From Eledone cirrhosa (taxonomy: Eukaryota), in the NCBI GenBank assembly GCA_964016885.1, contig OZ024745.1, forward strand, positions 67,952,001 through 68,016,000: 64,000 bases of DNA. The letters are read 5' to 3'. Under the pieces are notes generated by a model. The model worked only from the letters and a program-made list of their open reading frames with translations. It was not told where the DNA came from and did no database searches. Positions 59,049-64,000 of the stretch are shown piece after piece. The translations under genes and the position numbers were made by a program. Each line of letters starts with the position of its first letter. The stretch's first letter is position 1.

Positions 59049-60262
59049 ATGGTGGCTGCCAACTCGTTTTCGAGTACGGCCACTACTTTATATCCATGTA
59101 GGAGAACCCCTACCGATGCGCTGAACGAGTGTGACTTTTTAGTCCAGCCAGCGACTTGAAAACTCTGGTACAAACACTACACCTGTGACAATTATTGACA
59201 CATAGTGCTGGGCCCTTGGTACCATGTGATGACAAGTGCAGAGAGATCTCCAGATATAAAGCAATTCCTGTGCCGTGAAGCTTTTATAGTGAGCAAAGGC
59301 ACTGCACAAAGCCAGTCCCACTCTCTTAACCAAGATGATATTTACCAAAAAGAAGAACAAGTCAACATCATTGGATACCATCAGGGTTGCAGGTGTTATA
59401 TCAGAGTTTTCCTTCTCCTAGAATTATGCCTTGACAAATGCTAAGGGGTCATCTCTCCCGGTGATTTTGGATGGCCATTGACTCTTAAGAGCTTCTTTGC
59501 CCTTTGACAGGTTTTGTTTTTAGTCCTGCATGATGTCCAAAGTCACACTCCTTACCAAGAAACCTTGGTGGGGTTGACAGTTTAGTCGCCAACGACCCGA
59601 CCACGGGACAGGTTGTACTGGGATACATGTTACTAGTAGCACCAACTGGTGACCTGACATACATATATATACATACATACATACATACATACATGGTGGC
59701 TGCCAAATCGTTTTCGAGTACGGCCACCACTTTATATCCATGTAGGAGAACCCCTACCGATGCACTCTGGTACAAACACTACACTTGTGACAATTATTGA
59801 CACATAGTGCTGGGCCCATGGTACCATGTAACGACAAGTGCAGAGAGATCTCCAGATATAAAGCAATGCCTGTGCCGTGAAGCTTTTATAGTGAGCAAAG
59901 GCACTGTACAAAGCTAGTCCCACTCTCTTAACCAAGATGATATTTACCAAAAAGAAGAACAAGTCAACATCATTGGATACCATCAGGGTTGCAGGTGTTA
60001 TATCAGAGTTTTCCTTCTCCTAGAATTCTGCCTTGACAAAGGCTAAGGGGTCATCTCTCCCGGTGATTTTGGATGGCCATTGACTCTTAAGAGCTCCTTT
60101 GCCCTTTGACAGGTTTTGTTTTTAGTCCTGCAGGATGTCCAAAGTCACCCTCCTCACCAAGAAACCTTGGTGGGGTTGCCAGTTTAGTCGCCAACGACCC
60201 GACCATGAGACAGGTTGTACTGGGATACATTGTTACCAGTAGCACCAACTGGTGACCTGACA
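59049..60262 (-). mobile_element. Tandem dimer of an about 600-bp RTE-derived non-autonomous element
   Basis: 59049-59660 and 59692-60262 are nearly identical; RC carries taggagaaggaaaactctgat (RTE-type 5' UTR motif) and ends ...ctcgaaaacgagttggcagccacc(atgt)n. Confidence 0.75.
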
Positions 60263-60275
60263 TACATACATACAG

Positions 60276-60399
<124 letters not shown>

Positions 60400-60689
60400 T
60401 ATATATATATATATATACACGCATACATACATTCGTTCATTTGTACACATTAAGATGATATACACAAAGGCAATACAAACAACAATGTCAGCATAAAACG
60501 TTACAACAAAAAACAACAATAATAATACCAGCATCATCACCAGCAGCAACTGCCTGTGTAGAAAAAAAAACTACAACAAGCAACAACAGCAGCAGCAGCA
60601 TGTACGGACGGCAGCAGTTGTAAAAAAGACAGCAGCAACACTTCACCATCAGCTGTTGAGCAGGAAGCAGCAATAAGAGTAGCCACAGC

Positions 60690-62490
60690 AGTAGACACAA
60701 CAGCAACAACAGCAGCAGCGGTGGCAACAGCAGCAGCAATTGCAATATCAGCAGCAGTGACAAAAGCAGCAGCAGTGAAAACAGCAGCAGCAGTAGTGGC
60801 AACAACAGCAGCAGAGGCAACAGCAGCAGCGTTAGTGGCAACAGCAGCAGCAGCAGCGGTAGTGGCAACAGCAGCAGCGGTAGTGGCAACAGCAGCAGCA
60901 GTAGTGGCAACAGCAGCAGCAGTGACAAAGCAAGCAACAGCAGTGGCAACAGCAGCAGCAGTGGCAACAGCAGCAGTAGTGGCAACAGCAGCAGCAGTGG
61001 CAACAGCAGCAGCAGCAGCAGCAGTGGCAACAGCAGCAGTAATGGCAACAGCAGCAGCGCTAGTGGCAACAGCAGCAGTGACAAAGCAGCAGCAGTGGCA
61101 ACAGCAGCAGCAGTGGCAATAGCAGCAGCAGTGGCAACAGCAGCAGTGGCAACAGCAGCAGTGGCAACAGCAGCAGTGGCAACAGCAGCAGCAGTGGCAA
61201 CAGCAGCAGCAGTGACAAAGCAAGCAACAGCAGTGACAACAGCAGCAGCAGTGGCAACAGCAGCAGTAGTGGCAACAGCAGCAGCAGTGGCAACAGCAGC
61301 AGTAGTGGCAACAGCAGCAGCAGTGGCAACAGCAGCAGCAGCAGCAGTGGCAACAGCAGCAGTAATGGCAACAGCAGCAGCGGTAGTGGCAACAGCAGCA
61401 GTGACAAAGCAGCAGCAGTGGCAACAGCAGCAGCAGTGGCAATAGCAGCAGCAGTGGCAACAGCAGCAGTGGCAACAGCAGCAGTGGCAACAGCAGCAGT
61501 GGCAACAGCAGCAGCAGTGGCAACAGCAGCAGTGGCAACAGCAGCAGCAGTGGTAACAGCAGCAGCAGTGGCAACAGCAGCAGTAGTAGCAACAGCAGCA
61601 GTAGTGGCAACAGCAGCAGCAGTGGCAACAGCAGCAGTAGTGGCAACAGCAGCAGTAGTGGCAACAGCAGCAGTAGTGGCAACAGCAACAGTAGTGGCAA
61701 CAGCAACAGTAGTGGCAACAGCAACAGCAGCAGTGGCAACAGCAGCAGTAGTGGCAACAGCAGCAGTAGTGGCAACAGCAACAGCAGTGGCAACAGCAGC
61801 AGCAGTGACAAAGCAACAGCAGTGGCAACATCAGCAGTAGTGGCAACAGCAACAGCAGTGGCAACAGCAGCAGTGGCAACAGCAGCAGCAGTGGCAACAG
61901 CAGTATCAGTGGCAACAGCAGCAGCAGTGACAAAGCAGCAGCAGTGGCACCAGCAGCAGTAGTGGCAACAGCAGCAGCAGTGGCAACAGCAGCAGCAGTG
62001 ACAAAGCAAGCAACAGCAGTGGCAACAGCAGCAGCAGTAGTGACAACAGCAGTATCAGTGGCAACAGCAGCAGCAGTGACAAACCAGCAGCAGTGGCAAC
62101 AGCAGCAATAGTGGCAACAGCAGCAGCAGTGACAAAGCAACAGTAGCGGCAACAGCAACAGCAACAGCAATGGCAACAGCAGCAGTAGTGGCAACAGCAG
62201 CAGCAGCAGCAGCAGTAGTGACAAAGCAGCAGTAGTAGCAACAGCAGCAGCAGAGGCAACATCAGCAGCGGCAGTAGTGACAAAGCAGCAGCAGTGGCAA
62301 CAGCAGCAGAATCTGTATAAGCTGCAGCCACATCATTAGCAGCAGCAACAGTAGCACGTGATAGTGGCAGCTATAACAGCAGTAGCAACAGCAACAGTAA
62401 CACGCAGAGGCAGCAGCAGCAGCTATAGCATCAGTAGCATCAGTAACAGCAGTAGGAGCAGTAACAGCAGCAGCAACATCGGCAGCAGAG
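60690..62490. repeat. (CAG/CAA/GTG) trinucleotide-derived minisatellite (GTGGCAACAGCAGCA...)
   Basis: Visible array with an internal duplication of about 323 bp. Confidence 0.95.
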
Positions 62491-62497
62491 CCAGTAA

Positions 62498-62575
62498 CAT
62501 GACGTAGCATGACGTGGCATGACGTAGCATGACGTAGCATGACGTAGCATGACGTAGCATGACGTAGCATGACGT
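62498..62575. repeat. 10-bp tandem repeat (CATGACGTAG) x about 8
   Basis: Visible repeat. Confidence 0.95.
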
Positions 62576-62639
62576 CTTTGGTAGTGGTAAAGGCTTTGAA
62601 ACAACACGAGGTTGATGTGAAACGTTTGCTGGAATACAA

Positions 62640-62830
62640 ATGATGCCCAGAGAACATGAGATTGGGAGATACTCTTGAGGAGGTACGTAAGAATGCTGGA
62701 GTTTAACTGCTGCAGCATAATAAATAACAAGAGAAAATGCACATGCCTGCCCTGAAACATGAAGGGAAGAAGTACTTGAGGTTTCTAACCCCATGACCCT
62801 CCCAGAATAAGTGGGCGAAGAAGAAGACGA
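62640..62830 (+). mobile_element. Diverged RTE 3' end
   Basis: ttgagg...cccatgaccctcccagaataagtgggcgaagaagaa resembles the end of 13110-13400. Confidence 0.5.
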
Positions 62831-62837
62831 ATATACA

Positions 62838-62904
<67 letters not shown>

Positions 62905-63087
62905 AACGGAGGAGTTGTGGTAAGGAATCAGATGGGCCATAACGCACCAGAGTACTCAATACTTAGGGTAGTAGAGTGGGCAATAAGAGAAAGTATGACG
63001 GCTATTTCTGGACTAAAGACACTTTAGTCCAGAAATAGCTCAAGCCGTCGAAACGGGTTGAGTTCTGCCGTCGGGGTCATACTTTCT

Positions 63088-63091
<4 letters not shown>
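62905..63091 (-). mobile_element. AACGRAGG-family element with fold-back
   Basis: Homologous to 37004-37212; gctatttctggactaaag / ctttagtccagaaatagc hairpin. Confidence 0.82.
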
Positions 63092-63170
<79 letters not shown>

Positions 63171-63171
63171 T

Positions 63172-63260
63172 CGCTATTGTCTGTGCAAGGATAAACCACA
63201 AACAATGGAACATGTCCTAATTTCATGTAAAATAGCCCCAGCCAATGACAGATACACGCA
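63172..63260 (+). mobile_element. HERO/NeSL-like RLE retrotransposon CCHC fragment
   Basis: CLCKDKPQTMEHVLISCKIAPANDRYT matches C.LC....T.EH.L..C..A....RYT(WRH). Confidence 0.7.
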
Positions 63261-63289
63261 TACACACACACACACACACACACATATGC

Positions 63290-63345
<56 letters not shown>

Positions 63346-63409
63346 GCACATAAATCAGTTATAAACATTTGTATTTGTCGGACTTCCAACAAATTAAATA
63401 CCCCGTCTA

Positions 63410-63456
<47 letters not shown>

Positions 63457-64000
63457 CATGTGGATAAACAGTAAACAAAACCCCATGCTACAACAATGAA
63501 ATATAAGAAGAATTCAAAACAAATGTATTGTTATATATATATATCACAACATATATCATTTTGAATCCTTTATGTTGCCTTTGGAACCATAAATTTCCTT
63601 GGTCCATCAACATTATAATGTTATTTCTCGATCTTATCTTCAGGATAAAATTATTTCGTTTAATCTAGTTATTGGTGTTTTATTGCTGTTTTATTGCAGT
63701 CAAGAGAAATGGAATACCAATATGTGTTTTAATGGTTAGCATCGGACTTTAATTCTATGATTGTTGATGTCAAATTTCGTTCACCAATCTGGAAACAGGT
63801 CAGCCCCCTTGTGTATTTGTTTTTGCTAGGGATTAGCTATTTGTGAATAGAAATTTACATTACATTTTCCCCTAAATTCAGGTTCCATTATCATTTCAAG
63901 CCTTTTCTTTGTGATCTATATAAGATAGTTTTTTTTATCTATCAGCTGATATTTTCTATTTGGTTTCCTTTGTTTTATGTGATATATTGTATTGTAATGC

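Noticed and set aside
60488-62331. Cys-rich or Ala/Thr antifreeze-glycoprotein-like ORFs
   Set aside because: CAG-derived minisatellite with repeated frameshifts and no signal peptide or splice support

Overview
AT-rich, microsatellite-saturated eukaryotic (metazoan) DNA with no supportable host protein-coding gene. Nearly all ORFs in the track are simple-repeat artefacts. The repeat content resembles an octopus/cephalopod genome (inference from the SINE types and (TA)n/(CA)n density). It includes about 15 copies of a tRNA-headed SINE with 15-21 bp TSDs, a CORE-like SINE, decayed RTE, CRE, R4/Dong-like and HERO-like non-LTR fragments, two Penelope-like element (PLE, Naiad-type) coding fragments, small MITEs and four long minisatellite arrays. 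The main signal is a dense set of about 18 minimal type I hammerhead ribozyme (HHR) motifs from several unrelated small element families. Most sit in (TA)n tracts and many are fold-back palindromes. One family has a compensatory U3-A8 core (UUGAAAA), another keeps a pyrimidine (C.C) mismatch in a strongly co-varying stem II, and several share a 3' tail motif TTGAGTRCTCT. All coordinates were read by eye and element boundaries are approximate.
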